Positions 9,425-20,173 of a DNA stretch of 64,000 nt are shown here, in pieces. The position numbers were made by a program, and so were the translations under genes. Numbering within the stretch: position 1 is the stretch's first letter; every line of letters begins with the position of its first letter. The stretch is taken from assembly GCA_000438195.1 (NCBI GenBank), contig FR903071.1, positions 87,394 through 151,393 of the forward strand, in the 5' to 3' direction. Origin of the DNA: Mycoplasma sp. CAG:776. GTDB lineage: Bacteria; Bacillota_I; Bacilli_A; RF39; UBA660. The notes under the pieces were generated by a model, which worked only from the letters and a program-made list of their open reading frames with translations, was not told the DNA's origin and searched no databases.

Positions 9425-9853
9425 TTACAAGCGAACAAGCTCATTTAACCAGAAATAATCTTTATTTTTAAAGTCACAAACAAATAAATTTTGTAAACCA
9501 TTTAGTTCGGTTAAAAAACTTGGTTTTAGAATGTTGCTTTCTAAAAGAAGAAATGCTTTATTAACGATCAAACTGGAATCTTCAGGAATATATTTATTTT
9601 GGATACGATGAACGTTGTGAAATTTAGAATAGAAGTCATTTCCTTTACATTCATTGAAAATCAAATTATTAATACGACTTTTATCAAATGGAGATACTAT
9701 TTGCATAAATAAATCATAAGCTATGCTTACATCATTTGTATCAAAATTATGAATTTCTTCCATCGTTTTAAATAAATGATAGGGATTATTTTTCATTAGA
9801 TTATAAAAATTTTTATTAATATTAAATATATAGAATGTACGCATTTTTCTCAC
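9425..9853 (-). CDS. SirA-like protein (sporulation inhibitor of replication, YneE family), tentative
   Basis: 142 aa, adjacent to yneF as in Bacillus. C-terminal ...DYFWLNELVRL resembles the SirA C-terminus (..RYGWLNPV..). Weak similarity only. Confidence 0.4.
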   Translation of the reverse strand: MRKMRTFYIFNINKNFYNLMKNNPYHLFKTMEEIHNFDTNDVSIAYDLFMQIVSPFDKSRINNLIFNECKGNDFYSKFHNVHRIQNKYIPEDSSLIVNKAFLLLESNILKPSFLTELNGLQNLFVCDFKNKDYFWLNELVRL

Positions 9854-9917
9854 CTGTCATCATCTTAGCATATCTCTTAGGCGAATTTTGTCGAACTATG
9901 TAATTATTTTAAAAAAT

Positions 9918-12521
9918 TTAAACTCCAGTTTTTAAATGATGACGTCTTAAAAATAGCTTTCTTATAAAATCAATAGGAAACACCGAAGATGCTAGAAGTA
10001 GAACAATAAAGAATTCGCTTGCTTTTAAACCATATGTCCGAAATAAATCTCCCCCATGATATATTAAATAGATTTGAACACTGATAATAAAAAGAATGAT
10101 GGCAATAAATACTTTATTTTTTCGTAAATTAGCTAAAATATTAATTCTTTCGCTTCGAGCATTGAAAGCATTAAAAATTCCAATAAAGATAAATAAAGCA
10201 AAATAGGCTGTCATTAAATATTTGTAATCTTCACCTACTCTAATAAATTCTCTAATTATAGGTAACTTTAAAAATAATATACATATTAGTGCTGAATATA
10301 ATCCTGTAAATAATACCTCTCCTATCATGTAAGAATTAATGATAGGTTCACTTTTAGGTTTAGGTGGTTCATACATATAGCTTTTTAAAGCAGGTTCAAA
10401 AGAGAAAGCTAACCCTGAGAATGTATCCATAATCATATTTAACCACAACATTTGAATAATGGTAATTGGAGTATTAATTCCTATAAATGGTCCAATAATA
10501 GATAATATTAAAGCACACATATTTACGGTCAATTGATAAATGATAAATTTACGAATACTTTTAAAAATTGTCCTTCCATAAAGAATAGCTTTACTAATTG
10601 ATAAAATATTATCATCTAATATTACTATATCGGCTGCTTCTTTTGCTACTTCTGTTCCACTTCCCATTGCAAAACCTACATTTGCTTTTTTTAATGCTGG
10701 TGCGTCATTTACACCATCTCCAGTCATTCCTACTACTAAATCCATTTCTTCTAATATTTTTACAAGCCTTGATTTATCTGTTGGAAGGGCTCTTGCTACA
10801 ACTTTTAAATTTCCAGCTATTTTCTTAATCTCTTCATCGCTTAATTTACTTAATTCTTCACTCGTTAATACTAAATCTTCTTTATCTAGTAAACCTACTT
10901 CTTTTGCGATAGATGAAGCTGTTTCTTTTGCATCTCCTGTTATCATAATCATGTTAATTCCCGCACTTCTAATTAAGTTTACTCCTTCTTTAGCTTCTTC
11001 TCTTAATTCATCTTTAATAGCTACTAAACCTACAAAAACTAAGTTTTCTAAAGACTTATTATTTTTGGTATAGCATAAAGCTAAAACGCGTATTCCTTTT
11101 TTAGTTAATCCGTCTGCTATATTGGATAAACTTTTACGATTTAGTAATATTTTTTCTTCTCCATAACGATTTAAATAATAATTGATATTTGGTAATAATT
11201 TTTCTATTGCTCCTTTTATATAGGTAATATTATTATCTAGTGTTGTACTACTATATTTTTCTTTACTATCAAAAGGTACTTTATCTATTATTCTCCTATT
11301 TATACTTTTATCTTCTTCTATAAATTTTAAACATGCCCGATCTGTTCCGTTTCCCCCAAATACTTCACCTAATTCATTTCTCTTACTATCATTATTATAA
11401 TAAAGCGAATGGTAGATTTCTTCATAATACTTTTTATTTTGTTTTAGCATCTTAGTATTTTTATAATGAATATTATCTGCACTAATTATTTCATTTACTT
11501 CTAATTTTCCTTTTGTTAGAGTACCAGTTTTATCTGTTAATAAAACATTGATACTTCCTGCTGTTTCTATTCCTACTAGTCTTCTTACTAAAACATTACT
11601 TTTTAACATTCTTTTCATATTACTTGATAATACTAAAGTAATCATCATCGGAAGTCCTTCGGGTACAGCGACAACAATAATGGTTACACTTAGAGTTAAC
11701 GCATAAATTAAATGATCCATCATTACCCTAAAATCAGTTAAAGTATTCATTATTAAATTCGGATCAAAGTTGTTATCAATTACAATTACTGAAAATAAAT
11801 AAGAAATCGTAACTAGGGCAGCTCCACAATAGCCAATTCTACTAATAAATTTAGCTAATCCTTGTAGTCTTAATTTTAAAGGAGATGTTGGAGCACTTTC
11901 GGCTACTTCTTTCGCTAATGCTCCATAAAGGGTCTTGTCCCCTACTTCACACACAAGCATATACGCTTCTCCACTATAAACTACGCTTCCTCGATATAAT
12001 TTATGAGAATCTTGCAAATTATTTACATTTATAGGTGGATACTTTTTGGCTTCTTTGGTTTCACCATTTAAACTGGATTCATCAACGCGTAATTCTCCTT
12101 TTAGCAAATATCCATCGGCCGGTATTCTATCTCCGCTTTGAAGAACAACTATATCATTTTTTACTACATCTTCTAAAGGAATTTCAATTACTTTTCCGTT
12201 TCTTAGAACTTTTACTAAAATTTTGGAGCTTTCTTCTTGAAGGCGCCTAAATGCTGCTTCACTTCCATATTCGGATATTGTCGATATAAATGATGCTAAG
12301 AATATAGCAATTAATATTCCTAATGTTTCAAAATAATTGGAATCTTGAAACAAAAATACTACCTTGATTGCTAAAGCAATTAATAAAATTTTAATGATTG
12401 GATCTCCTAACGATTCTAATAACAATTTCAGAAATCCTTTACTCTTTACATTAGTAATACTATTTGTTCCATATTTTTTTCTATTTGTTTCTACTTCTTC
12501 ATTATTAAGACCGTTCCACAT
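9918..12521 (-). CDS. P-type ATPase, type IIA (Ca2+-transporting, SERCA/YloB-like)
   Basis: DKTGTLT phosphorylation motif, PEGLP, TGDGVNDAPALKKA, 10 TM. 867 aa. Confidence 0.9.
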   Translation of the reverse strand: MWNGLNNEEVETNRKKYGTNSITNVKSKGFLKLLLESLGDPIIKILLIALAIKVVFLFQDSNYFETLGILIAIFLASFISTISEYGSEAAFRRLQEESSKILVKVLRNGKVIEIPLEDVVKNDIVVLQSGDRIPADGYLLKGELRVDESSLNGETKEAKKYPPINVNNLQDSHKLYRGSVVYSGEAYMLVCEVGDKTLYGALAKEVAESAPTSPLKLRLQGLAKFISRIGYCGAALVTISYLFSVIVIDNNFDPNLIMNTLTDFRVMMDHLIYALTLSVTIIVVAVPEGLPMMITLVLSSNMKRMLKSNVLVRRLVGIETAGSINVLLTDKTGTLTKGKLEVNEIISADNIHYKNTKMLKQNKKYYEEIYHSLYYNNDSKRNELGEVFGGNGTDRACLKFIEEDKSINRRIIDKVPFDSKEKYSSTTLDNNITYIKGAIEKLLPNINYYLNRYGEEKILLNRKSLSNIADGLTKKGIRVLALCYTKNNKSLENLVFVGLVAIKDELREEAKEGVNLIRSAGINMIMITGDAKETASSIAKEVGLLDKEDLVLTSEELSKLSDEEIKKIAGNLKVVARALPTDKSRLVKILEEMDLVVGMTGDGVNDAPALKKANVGFAMGSGTEVAKEAADIVILDDNILSISKAILYGRTIFKSIRKFIIYQLTVNMCALILSIIGPFIGINTPITIIQMLWLNMIMDTFSGLAFSFEPALKSYMYEPPKPKSEPIINSYMIGEVLFTGLYSALICILFLKLPIIREFIRVGEDYKYLMTAYFALFIFIGIFNAFNARSERINILANLRKNKVFIAIILFIISVQIYLIYHGGDLFRTYGLKASEFFIVLLLASSVFPIDFIRKLFLRRHHLKTGV

Positions 12522-12578
12522 AGACTATCCTCCTAGACAAAATATATGCTTACATAAAAAAAATAGCACAATATTTTG

Positions 12579-13931
12579 CTATATTCTTTTTGATTCTTCA
12601 ATATAAAGATCTTTATTTAAATATCTTTGGACAGCTAAATTAAATAAATTTAAAGATAGTGGAACATTATTTTGAATTAGAAAGTTTAAAACTCGTTCTT
12701 TTTCTTCTTCTGTTAATTCAATACCTGTATTAGAAATTGGCATTCTATTCTTATCTAATTTACAATAAAATTCCAAATTATTTTTAAGCAATACTTCGGG
12801 ATTTACCTGAATTATTCTATTAGTTACGAAAAACCTTTCTATAAGAAGTTTCGCTTCTTCTGGAATTTTGTTTAACTGTTCTCTTATTTTTAATTGGGGA
12901 ATTTTTATTTCTAAATAGTAATCTAATAAATCAAATGGGCGATTTTGATAACCATATTTTAAATATTCTATTAGTTTAATTATACTATCATCTATATTTA
13001 TTATTCCAAAATATAATTGACTTAATTTAGGATCATATCTTCTAACTATTTGTAAAATTTCATTTATATTATTTGGCAGTTCTACTTGCCTTTCATCATA
13101 AATAATTCTTGTTAAAACCCTTTTAGCTTCTTTAATTTCTTCTAATAAGTATCTTTCTTTAGTATTATCTAACTTCTTTTCTTCTCTTATCAAATCTATT
13201 ACTTCTTGATATCTTGTTAAAATTCGTTCTTCCGTTTTTTTCATATCAACATCTTTTTCTAGCTGATATAAGTTTAAAAAACTTTCTACAAATTTTGGAT
13301 AAAATTGGCGTAAAGTTAGTTTGTTCTTATGGATATAATTTAAAATTTCTTCGATAGGTATATCCGCTAATAACATATTACATAACTTATAAAATTTTGA
13401 CTTTTTTATGTTTTTTGGCTTATTTTGAGGTGCACTTAAAGTTTTTTTACCTGCTAAGGTTCTATTTAGCTTCTCTTTCATTTTGTTTGTTAATTTTTTC
13501 TCGCAAAAAAATTGATAAAACTTTTTTACTTCTATTATTGATAAATTAAATCTTTTAGTAATTATGTCTATTGCTTGGGTATTTTTTAGTAACTCTAAAT
13601 ATACACTTTTACCAATAAATAATACTATCTTTTCAAATGTTTGTTGTTCTATTCGATTAGCCTTTTCTTTATAATACCATTCTGCTAAAGGATAATCTTC
13701 CGGTCTTTTTAAAGAAAAATTTAAAAAATCTGCAAATATTTCACGAGCTTTTATTTGTTTTAACAGTTCTTCAAATTTAGTTTCTTCTTCTTTTAACTCT
13801 TCTAATATATATTTTTTTATTAAATCTAACAATTCGGAATAAGAAAGATTATAATCTTCGGCGATCATTTCTAAACATGGTCTATACCACCTTGTATTCT
13901 CACATTTTTGATATATTTCTTTTGCTTGCAT
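12579..13931 (-). CDS. Hypothetical cytoplasmic protein (450 aa, Lys/Glu-rich), no recognisable family
   Basis: Long ORF with coding-like composition. No motif recognised. Confidence 0.45.
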   Translation of the reverse strand: MQAKEIYQKCENTRWYRPCLEMIAEDYNLSYSELLDLIKKYILEELKEEETKFEELLKQIKAREIFADFLNFSLKRPEDYPLAEWYYKEKANRIEQQTFEKIVLFIGKSVYLELLKNTQAIDIITKRFNLSIIEVKKFYQFFCEKKLTNKMKEKLNRTLAGKKTLSAPQNKPKNIKKSKFYKLCNMLLADIPIEEILNYIHKNKLTLRQFYPKFVESFLNLYQLEKDVDMKKTEERILTRYQEVIDLIREEKKLDNTKERYLLEEIKEAKRVLTRIIYDERQVELPNNINEILQIVRRYDPKLSQLYFGIINIDDSIIKLIEYLKYGYQNRPFDLLDYYLEIKIPQLKIREQLNKIPEEAKLLIERFFVTNRIIQVNPEVLLKNNLEFYCKLDKNRMPISNTGIELTEEEKERVLNFLIQNNVPLSLNLFNLAVQRYLNKDLYIEESKRI

Positions 13932-14047
13932 AATTTTTCCCCCTTTTCTATACCAGGTGGATATTATAGCATTTTTATATTCTCATGTAAATAAACTTTT
14001 GTTATTTCCTTCTTTATTATTTTCTATTATTTAAACTAAGCATTTAT

Positions 14048-15022
14048 ATGCAAAATAAATGCTTTACAAATGGATTTATTTCTCTTACAATTGTTTTGGT
14101 GATCCAAATGTTTTTATATACTTTAGATAATAAAAGATATCATACTTTAAATTATTTTTTCCGTAATAAATTTCAGCAAAAAGTTTTTAAAGTAGCATTA
14201 AATGCTGGATTTTCTTGCCCTAATTATAAAACGGGTGGTTGTATTTATTGTAATCATGGTAGTGGTAATTACTATGAAGAAATGGATTTAATTGAACAAT
14301 TTAATCTAGTTAAAATACCTTTAGAAAAGAAATGGCCTAATTCAAAATATATTGCTTATTTTCAAGCTAATACGAATACTTATGCTCCTATTTCTACACT
14401 AAAGGAAAAATATGAAAAAGTCCTAGCTATTCCTAATGTAATCGGTCTTGATATTGCAACACGTAGTGATGCTTTAAATGATGAAATATTAGATTATTTA
14501 AGTGAATTAAATAAAAGGACGTTTCTTATGGTGGAATTGGGACTACAATCTATGCATGAAAATACTTTAAAACTTATTAATCGTGGTCATGATCTACAGA
14601 ATTTTATAGAAGCTGTTCAAAAATTAAAAGAAAGAAATATTTTTGTTGTTGTTCACATTATTAATGGACTGCCTAATGAATCTAAAGAAATGATGATTGA
14701 TACAGTAAAATTTTTAAATCATTTAGGAATTGATGGGATTAAAATTCATATGCTATATATTAGTAAAAATACACCTTTAGCATATATGTATAAACTAAAT
14801 CCATTTCCTCTTTTAACTAAAGAAGAATATATTGATATAGTTTGTCATCAATTAGAATATTTAAATCCTAATATTGTAGTGATGAGAATTACAGGTGATC
14901 CTTTAAAAGAAGAATTAATTGCGCCTTCTTGGCTTACTAAAAAGTTTTGTATTTTAAATGATATAGATAAAGAAATGAAAAAAAGAGATATCTATCAAGG
15001 TGATAAAATTAACCCTTCATGA
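14048..15022 (+). CDS. Radical SAM protein, TIGR01212 family (YtqA/YhcC-like); true start possibly at internal Met ~14108
   Basis: AGFSCPNYKTGGCIYCN (CxxxxxxxCxxC variant typical of TIGR01212), ELGLQSMHENTLKLINRGH. Confidence 0.8.
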   Translation: MQNKCFTNGFISLTIVLVIQMFLYTLDNKRYHTLNYFFRNKFQQKVFKVALNAGFSCPNYKTGGCIYCNHGSGNYYEEMDLIEQFNLVKIPLEKKWPNSKYIAYFQANTNTYAPISTLKEKYEKVLAIPNVIGLDIATRSDALNDEILDYLSELNKRTFLMVELGLQSMHENTLKLINRGHDLQNFIEAVQKLKERNIFVVVHIINGLPNESKEMMIDTVKFLNHLGIDGIKIHMLYISKNTPLAYMYKLNPFPLLTKEEYIDIVCHQLEYLNPNIVVMRITGDPLKEELIAPSWLTKKFCILNDIDKEMKKRDIYQGDKINPS

Positions 15023-15599
15023 TATCTCTTATTTTGTTTTTTAATCTTTGAATTGTGTTATCAATTTGTTTTTCATTTTTTCCTGTTAATAACATAATGG
15101 TGCTACGATCTAAATCATTTTTTAATAAATTAAATATTTCTAGTTCTGTCATAGATAAACTTTCTTCTATTTTTTTTACTAATTCTTCATAATCTTCTTT
15201 TAAAGTTAAGCTATATAGAGGATCTGTTTTTTCATCACTTATCATATCTTTTAAAGTGAGTCCCTCTTCATAATCATAATCTAAAGAGTAAAATGAATTT
15301 AATAGTTTCGCTTTTTCCCCACTATATTTTTTGATTACTTTTTTGATTCTTCTATCTACACATAAAGTAATAAATGTCGACAATTTCACTTTCTTTTGTT
15401 CATCAAAAGAATGAAGAGCATCACTAAAGGCATATAAAGCTTCCTGCTCTAATTCATGCTTATCTATATTAAAAGTTGTAGCTACATTATGATATTTTCG
15501 CATTAATATATCAATAATATATTTATACTTTTCATATATTTTATTTTTTGCTTCTTCATCATTTTGTAAGGCCAATTTGATTATCTCTTCTTCTTCCAT
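15009..15599 (-). CDS. sigH: RNA polymerase sigma factor, SigH-like (sigma-70 family)
   Basis: Region 2 LSTFITLCVDRRIKKVIKK and region 4 HTH. Immediately downstream of rlmB, as for sigH in Bacillus (yacP absent). Confidence 0.55.
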   Translation of the reverse strand: MEEEEIIKLALQNDEEAKNKIYEKYKYIIDILMRKYHNVATTFNIDKHELEQEALYAFSDALHSFDEQKKVKLSTFITLCVDRRIKKVIKKYSGEKAKLLNSFYSLDYDYEEGLTLKDMISDEKTDPLYSLTLKEDYEELVKKIEESLSMTELEIFNLLKNDLDRSTIMLLTGKNEKQIDNTIQRLKNKIRDIMKG

Positions 15600-15602
15600 A
15601 GA

Positions 15603-16280
15603 TTACTCCTTAATCATTCCATAAATTAATATAGCTGCTGAAACACTAGCATTTAAACTATTTATTTTTCCATACATTGGAATACTGATTATTTCATCAC
15701 TATTTTTTCGAATAATTTCGCTTACCCCTTTTCCTTCGGCTCCTATTACTAATACTCTTTTTTCTGCATAATCAATTTTGCGATAATCTTTTCCATCCAT
15801 ATCAGCAGTATAAACAAAAAAGAAATTTTTTTGTAGTTTTCTTAAAGTTTCACTTAAATTACTAACTAAAACAATTTTGACATTATTAATCGCTCCAGCG
15901 CTTATTTTCATAACAGTTTCATTTACCCTGATACTACGATCTTTAGGAATAATAATTCCTTTAATACCAGCACATTCACAGGTTCTTATTATAGCTCCTA
16001 AATTATGAGGATCTTCTAAATGATCTAAGCATACTAAGAAATCTTCTTCTATTACATCATCTAAAGAAAAATAATCATATTCATCAATATCTATTACTAC
16101 TCCTTGATGTTGTTCTCTAACCATTTTATTTAAACGAAATTCTGGTACAAATTCATATTTTAATTTGTTCTCTTTTAAATAAGATAATATTTCTTTATCT
16201 TTAAAGTTTTCTTTTAAATATACTTTGTGTATCTTATTTTTTGGCGTTTCTTTTAAAACATTTTTACCACATACAAGCAT
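15603..16280 (-). CDS. rlmB: 23S rRNA (guanosine-2'-O)-methyltransferase RlmB / TrmH family (YacO-like)
   Basis: SpoU motifs DHLEDPHNLGAIIRTCECAGI, LVIGAEGKGVS, IPMYGKINSLNASVSAAILIY. Confidence 0.8.
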   Translation of the reverse strand: MLVCGKNVLKETPKNKIHKVYLKENFKDKEILSYLKENKLKYEFVPEFRLNKMVREQHQGVVIDIDEYDYFSLDDVIEEDFLVCLDHLEDPHNLGAIIRTCECAGIKGIIIPKDRSIRVNETVMKISAGAINNVKIVLVSNLSETLRKLQKNFFFVYTADMDGKDYRKIDYAEKRVLVIGAEGKGVSEIIRKNSDEIISIPMYGKINSLNASVSAAILIYGMIKE

Positions 16281-16344
16281 TTTATCACCTATGTGTTAGT
16301 ATAACAAACTTTAAAAAAAAAGTAAAGTTTTGCCTCTTTACTTT

Positions 16345-16533
16345 TTAATGCTTATAGTTTTTATGATCTTTTTGGTTAAAAGATGATTTCTTTTCTAATC
16401 TACATGCTTTACATCTTTTAGGTTCATTTGGTATTTGCTTTAGTGCATAAAACTCTTGTTCACCAGCAGTAAAAATAAACTCTTTACCACAATCTTTACA
16501 TACTAAAGTTTTGTCTTCATAAGTCTTGTTCAT
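16345..16533 (-). CDS. Small zinc-ribbon protein
   Basis: 62 aa, CxxC...CxxC (CKDCGK...CKAC). Confidence 0.5.
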   Translation of the reverse strand: MNKTYEDKTLVCKDCGKEFIFTAGEQEFYALKQIPNEPKRCKACRLEKKSSFNQKDHKNYKH

Positions 16534-16658
16534 ATTTGTCCTCCTTTTTTAGATTGATTTTCTCTTTTATGATTTAAAACAACTTAAATAAGGAGTTTGT
16601 GTCAGTAAAAAATAAATCTAATTCATTATAACATATTTTATTTTCTTTGACAATTTTT

Positions 16659-17987
16659 TTAATAGCCCTTTACAATAGATTTAAATTCGTCTCCTCGATC
16701 TTCAAACCTTAAGTATTGATCCCATGAGGCTGAGGCTGGGCTTAGTAAAACAATATCACCAGAATTTACTTCTTTTTTTATTTTTTCCATTGCTTCTTTT
16801 AAAGTACTAAATTCATATGCTTTTATTTTATTTTCTTTCGCATAAGTCATGATTTTTTGTCTAACTTCGCCTATCGCATATATACATTTTACTTTGGATA
16901 AATAGGGAGTTAAATCTTGAAAATCTTGATTACGTTCCATTCCACCTAATATTAGATGAATATTCTCATCAAAGCTTTTTAATGCGGTGATGGTAGCTGT
17001 CGGATTGGTTGATTTAGAATCGTTATAGTATTTTACTCCATCTAAATCTCTAACAAATTCAATCCGATGTTCTACACCTTTAAATTCTTTTAATACTTCA
17101 TTTACATATTTAAAATCAACCTCTAATAATTTAGCAATTAAATACGTTACTAATATATTTTCATAATTGTGGGTTCCTTTTAAAATAATATCCTTAGTAT
17201 TAATTACTGGTTTGTTATCGATATATATTTCATCTTCTAAAATATAGTTTTCTTGATTATTAAAATAATATTTTGTTGATAAAATATTTTCCGTTAAACT
17301 CATTGAATCATAATTTGCAGCATTAATAATTGCTAGATCGTATTTTGTATGGTGATTAAATATTTTTCTTTTAACATTCTTATAATTTTCATAAGAGCCA
17401 TGATAATCAAGATGAGTTGGACATAAATTTGTTAAAACACTAATATCTGTTTTAAAATCATACATGTCTATTAGTTGATGATCAGATATCTCTAATAGTA
17501 ATATATCGTTTGGTTCTAAATAGGGAACAATTTGGGATAACGGAGTTCCAATATTCCCTCCTAATTTTACAGGTATTCCCGCCTTTTTTAAAACTTCATA
17601 TATTAGTGTTGTGGTTGTTGTTTTGCCATTACTACCTGTAATTCCTATTATTTTTACAGGATTTTTTATATAATGGTACGCTACCTCCATCTCATTTACA
17701 ACAGGAATTTTTAACTTTCTTGCTTTTTCTACACATGGATGAAAAGGAAATACGGCTGGATTTTTTATTAAAATATCAAAAGTATTATCTAAAATATTTT
17801 CGGGTTCTAGTGTTTTAATAAATTCTATTCCCATATTTTTTAATTCTTTTATTTTATCGGCGTCTTGATCTTTTTGATCCGTTATATATATCCTATTATT
17901 TTTATCATTTAACAATTTAGCTACTTCATAACCACTTCTTGCCATTCCTAAAATTAATATTTTTTTGTTTTCTATCATTTGTATCAC
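16659..17987 (-). CDS. murD: UDP-N-acetylmuramoylalanine--D-glutamate ligase
   Basis: GITGSNGKTTTT P-loop, Mur ligase middle and C-terminal motifs (HNYEN, GGMERNQDF). 442 aa. Confidence 0.9.
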   Translation of the reverse strand: MIQMIENKKILILGMARSGYEVAKLLNDKNNRIYITDQKDQDADKIKELKNMGIEFIKTLEPENILDNTFDILIKNPAVFPFHPCVEKARKLKIPVVNEMEVAYHYIKNPVKIIGITGSNGKTTTTTLIYEVLKKAGIPVKLGGNIGTPLSQIVPYLEPNDILLLEISDHQLIDMYDFKTDISVLTNLCPTHLDYHGSYENYKNVKRKIFNHHTKYDLAIINAANYDSMSLTENILSTKYYFNNQENYILEDEIYIDNKPVINTKDIILKGTHNYENILVTYLIAKLLEVDFKYVNEVLKEFKGVEHRIEFVRDLDGVKYYNDSKSTNPTATITALKSFDENIHLILGGMERNQDFQDLTPYLSKVKCIYAIGEVRQKIMTYAKENKIKAYEFSTLKEAMEKIKKEVNSGDIVLLSPASASWDQYLRFEDRGDEFKSIVKGY

Positions 17988-18024
17988 CTGTTTTAATTAT
18001 ATTCGAAAATTTAAAAAAAAGCAA

Positions 18025-18618
18025 TTAACTATTCATAATTGCTTCTACATAATAATATACATTATCGTGCCAATTTGGATTAGCTGCATATTTAGTATTA
18101 ATAGCTTCCGGAGTAGTTAGTCCTTTAGCATAATAATTATTGGCTAGATTATTTATAAATGCTTCTAACCCTGCATCTAAGGTTTCAAACTTAGCATACT
18201 TGCCACTAGACGCTTTCATTCCTCCGACATTATTAGCATTTCTAACTAGAGAACTACATGTCCATTTACATCCAGTTTCCACTAAAATGATTGAAGCAGC
18301 TACTACAGGGTCTACACCTTTTTCTATTGCTAGACTAGCTATTATTTTTCCATATCCATCTAAAGTAGAATTTAAAACATTATCAATTTTTAAACCTAAT
18401 TCTTCTAGTGTTAACCCCTCATAAACTATAGCTTCTTCTAATTTTTCTTCTACAGTTTCTTCTTCATATCTGTTCAGGGGAGTATCACTTCGATACAATA
18501 CATTATTAATTACTATGTTTTCTACTATTACTTTTTCCTTATTCTTTTCCTTAAATCCAATAATTAAACTACTTGTAATTAAAACAACAAACGCCATTTT
18601 AATACATAAATTTTTCAT
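18025..18618 (-). CDS. Secreted glucosaminidase-domain protein (mannosyl-glycoprotein endo-beta-N-acetylglucosaminidase-like)
   Basis: Signal peptide, then glucosaminidase/FlgJ-like core (IIASLAIEKGVDPVVAASIILVETG...NVGGMKA). Confidence 0.65.
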   Translation of the reverse strand: MKNLCIKMAFVVLITSSLIIGFKEKNKEKVIVENIVINNVLYRSDTPLNRYEEETVEEKLEEAIVYEGLTLEELGLKIDNVLNSTLDGYGKIIASLAIEKGVDPVVAASIILVETGCKWTCSSLVRNANNVGGMKASSGKYAKFETLDAGLEAFINNLANNYYAKGLTTPEAINTKYAANPNWHDNVYYYVEAIMNS

Positions 18619-18702
18619 TTAAATACTTCCTCCTACTTTTTGCGAAGTGATTTATATTCTACCATAATCTTTTTTGTTTGTCAAATCTAGGCATACAAGC
18701 GT

Positions 18703-18999
18703 TTATATTCTTTCAATATCTACTATATCAATCATGTTTATTTTTTCACCATTTAAGCTTAGAAGATAGTTACCAGACTTGCCAACAATAGTAGTTTTTA
18801 TCTCTCCATTCTTAGTTTTAATCAAAACATTACTTTTATACACATGATGAGGAGAAGCAAAAATTTGGTTGATCTTTTCATATACATTTACTTTAGTACT
18901 ATTTCTAATTTCTTCATTTCTTCCATAATAAATATCATTATTATTTCGAATGTCTTTATCAATAGGATTTGCATATACTCTTGGTAAATCTTTTTTCAT
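18703..18999 (-). CDS. Hypothetical protein (98 aa)
   Basis: ORF with RBS. No family recognised. Confidence 0.35.
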   Translation of the reverse strand: MKKDLPRVYANPIDKDIRNNNDIYYGRNEEIRNSTKVNVYEKINQIFASPHHVYKSNVLIKTKNGEIKTTIVGKSGNYLLSLNGEKINMIDIVDIERI

Positions 19000-19039
19000 T
19001 TAGAACACCTCTATTACATTTTATGATAAATATCTAATT

Positions 19040-20140
19040 TTGAAACATAATAATATTATGAAAAAGAAAATTATTTTGGATAAACTATTTATATTTGTTC
19101 CACTTCTTATTCTTCTTATTATATCTTTATTTAATATGTATTTTGTAAGTATTAAATGGGAAGGATATGAAAGTTATTTGTTCAAACAATCCTTATGGTT
19201 TGGGATTGGTTTTGTTATGCTTTTTATTTTTTATCTTCTTAAACCAAAATTATTTTTTCGTTATTCAAAATATCTTTATGCTATTAATATTCTCCTTTTA
19301 ATTTTAGTTTTATTTTTTGGTACAACTGTTAATGGTTCTAAAGCTTGGTTTAAATTCCCGTTCTTTTCTTTCCAACCTAGTGAACTTATGAAATTTACTT
19401 TAGCTCTCTATTTAAGTCATGTTCTTTCTCAATCAAAAAAAGGAAATATGAAGCAAGAATTTAAAACTATTTTAAAAGCTTTATTTATTACTCTTATTCC
19501 TTCTTTGTTTGTTTTTCTAGAGCCGGACACTGGTGCTATACTTATCTATTTTGTTATTATGGTAGCAATGATTATCGTTTATAAAATTCATATCAAATGG
19601 TATATTATTCTAGGTATTATTATAGTTATCTTTATTAGTATATTTGGGTATTTATATTATTTTAATCAAGATCTTTTAATTGATTTAATTGGGACTTCTT
19701 TCTTTTATCGAGTTGATCGTTTACTTACTTTTGTTAACAATGATTCTTTTCAATTAGATAGAGCTCTTATATCAATTGGAACCTCTTCCTTTTTTAGTGG
19801 TAATGGTGGAGTATATATTCCAGAAGCTCCTACTGATTTTATTGTCGCTTTATCTATTAGTAATTTAGGTATTATTAGCTTTATCTTTATTTTACTTAGT
19901 TTCTTTGTTTTAGATTTTTATTTCTTAATTCAAGTTTTTCAAACCAAAAATCTACAAAATAAAATGTTTATAGCGGGATTCTTAATGATGTTTATTTTTG
20001 CTCAGGTTCAAAATATTGGAATGAATTTAGGAATTCTTCCCATTATTGGGCTTCCTCTTCCTTTTGTTAGTTACGGTGGTACTAATATTATTGTTTATTT
20101 TATGTTTTTAGGTATTCTTGTTAATCTAAAAAAGAGTTAA
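19040..20140 (+). CDS. SEDS family peptidoglycan glycosyltransferase (FtsW/RodA/SpoVE)
   Basis: 10 TM. C-terminal LPLPFVSYGGTNII motif typical of FtsW/RodA. Confidence 0.85.
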   Translation: MKHNNIMKKKIILDKLFIFVPLLILLIISLFNMYFVSIKWEGYESYLFKQSLWFGIGFVMLFIFYLLKPKLFFRYSKYLYAINILLLILVLFFGTTVNGSKAWFKFPFFSFQPSELMKFTLALYLSHVLSQSKKGNMKQEFKTILKALFITLIPSLFVFLEPDTGAILIYFVIMVAMIIVYKIHIKWYIILGIIIVIFISIFGYLYYFNQDLLIDLIGTSFFYRVDRLLTFVNNDSFQLDRALISIGTSSFFSGNGGVYIPEAPTDFIVALSISNLGIISFIFILLSFFVLDFYFLIQVFQTKNLQNKMFIAGFLMMFIFAQVQNIGMNLGILPIIGLPLPFVSYGGTNIIVYFMFLGILVNLKKS

Positions 20141-20173
20141 ATATTCTCTTGATATTTAGCCCTTTTCTTAAAA

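Noticed and set aside
10598-12606. ORFs 10598..10828, 12035..12250, 12364..12606 (+)
   Set aside because: They are antisense within or overlapping the P-type ATPase gene. Leu-rich shadow ORFs.
18140-18424. ORF 18140..18424 (+)
   Set aside because: Antisense inside the glucosaminidase gene.
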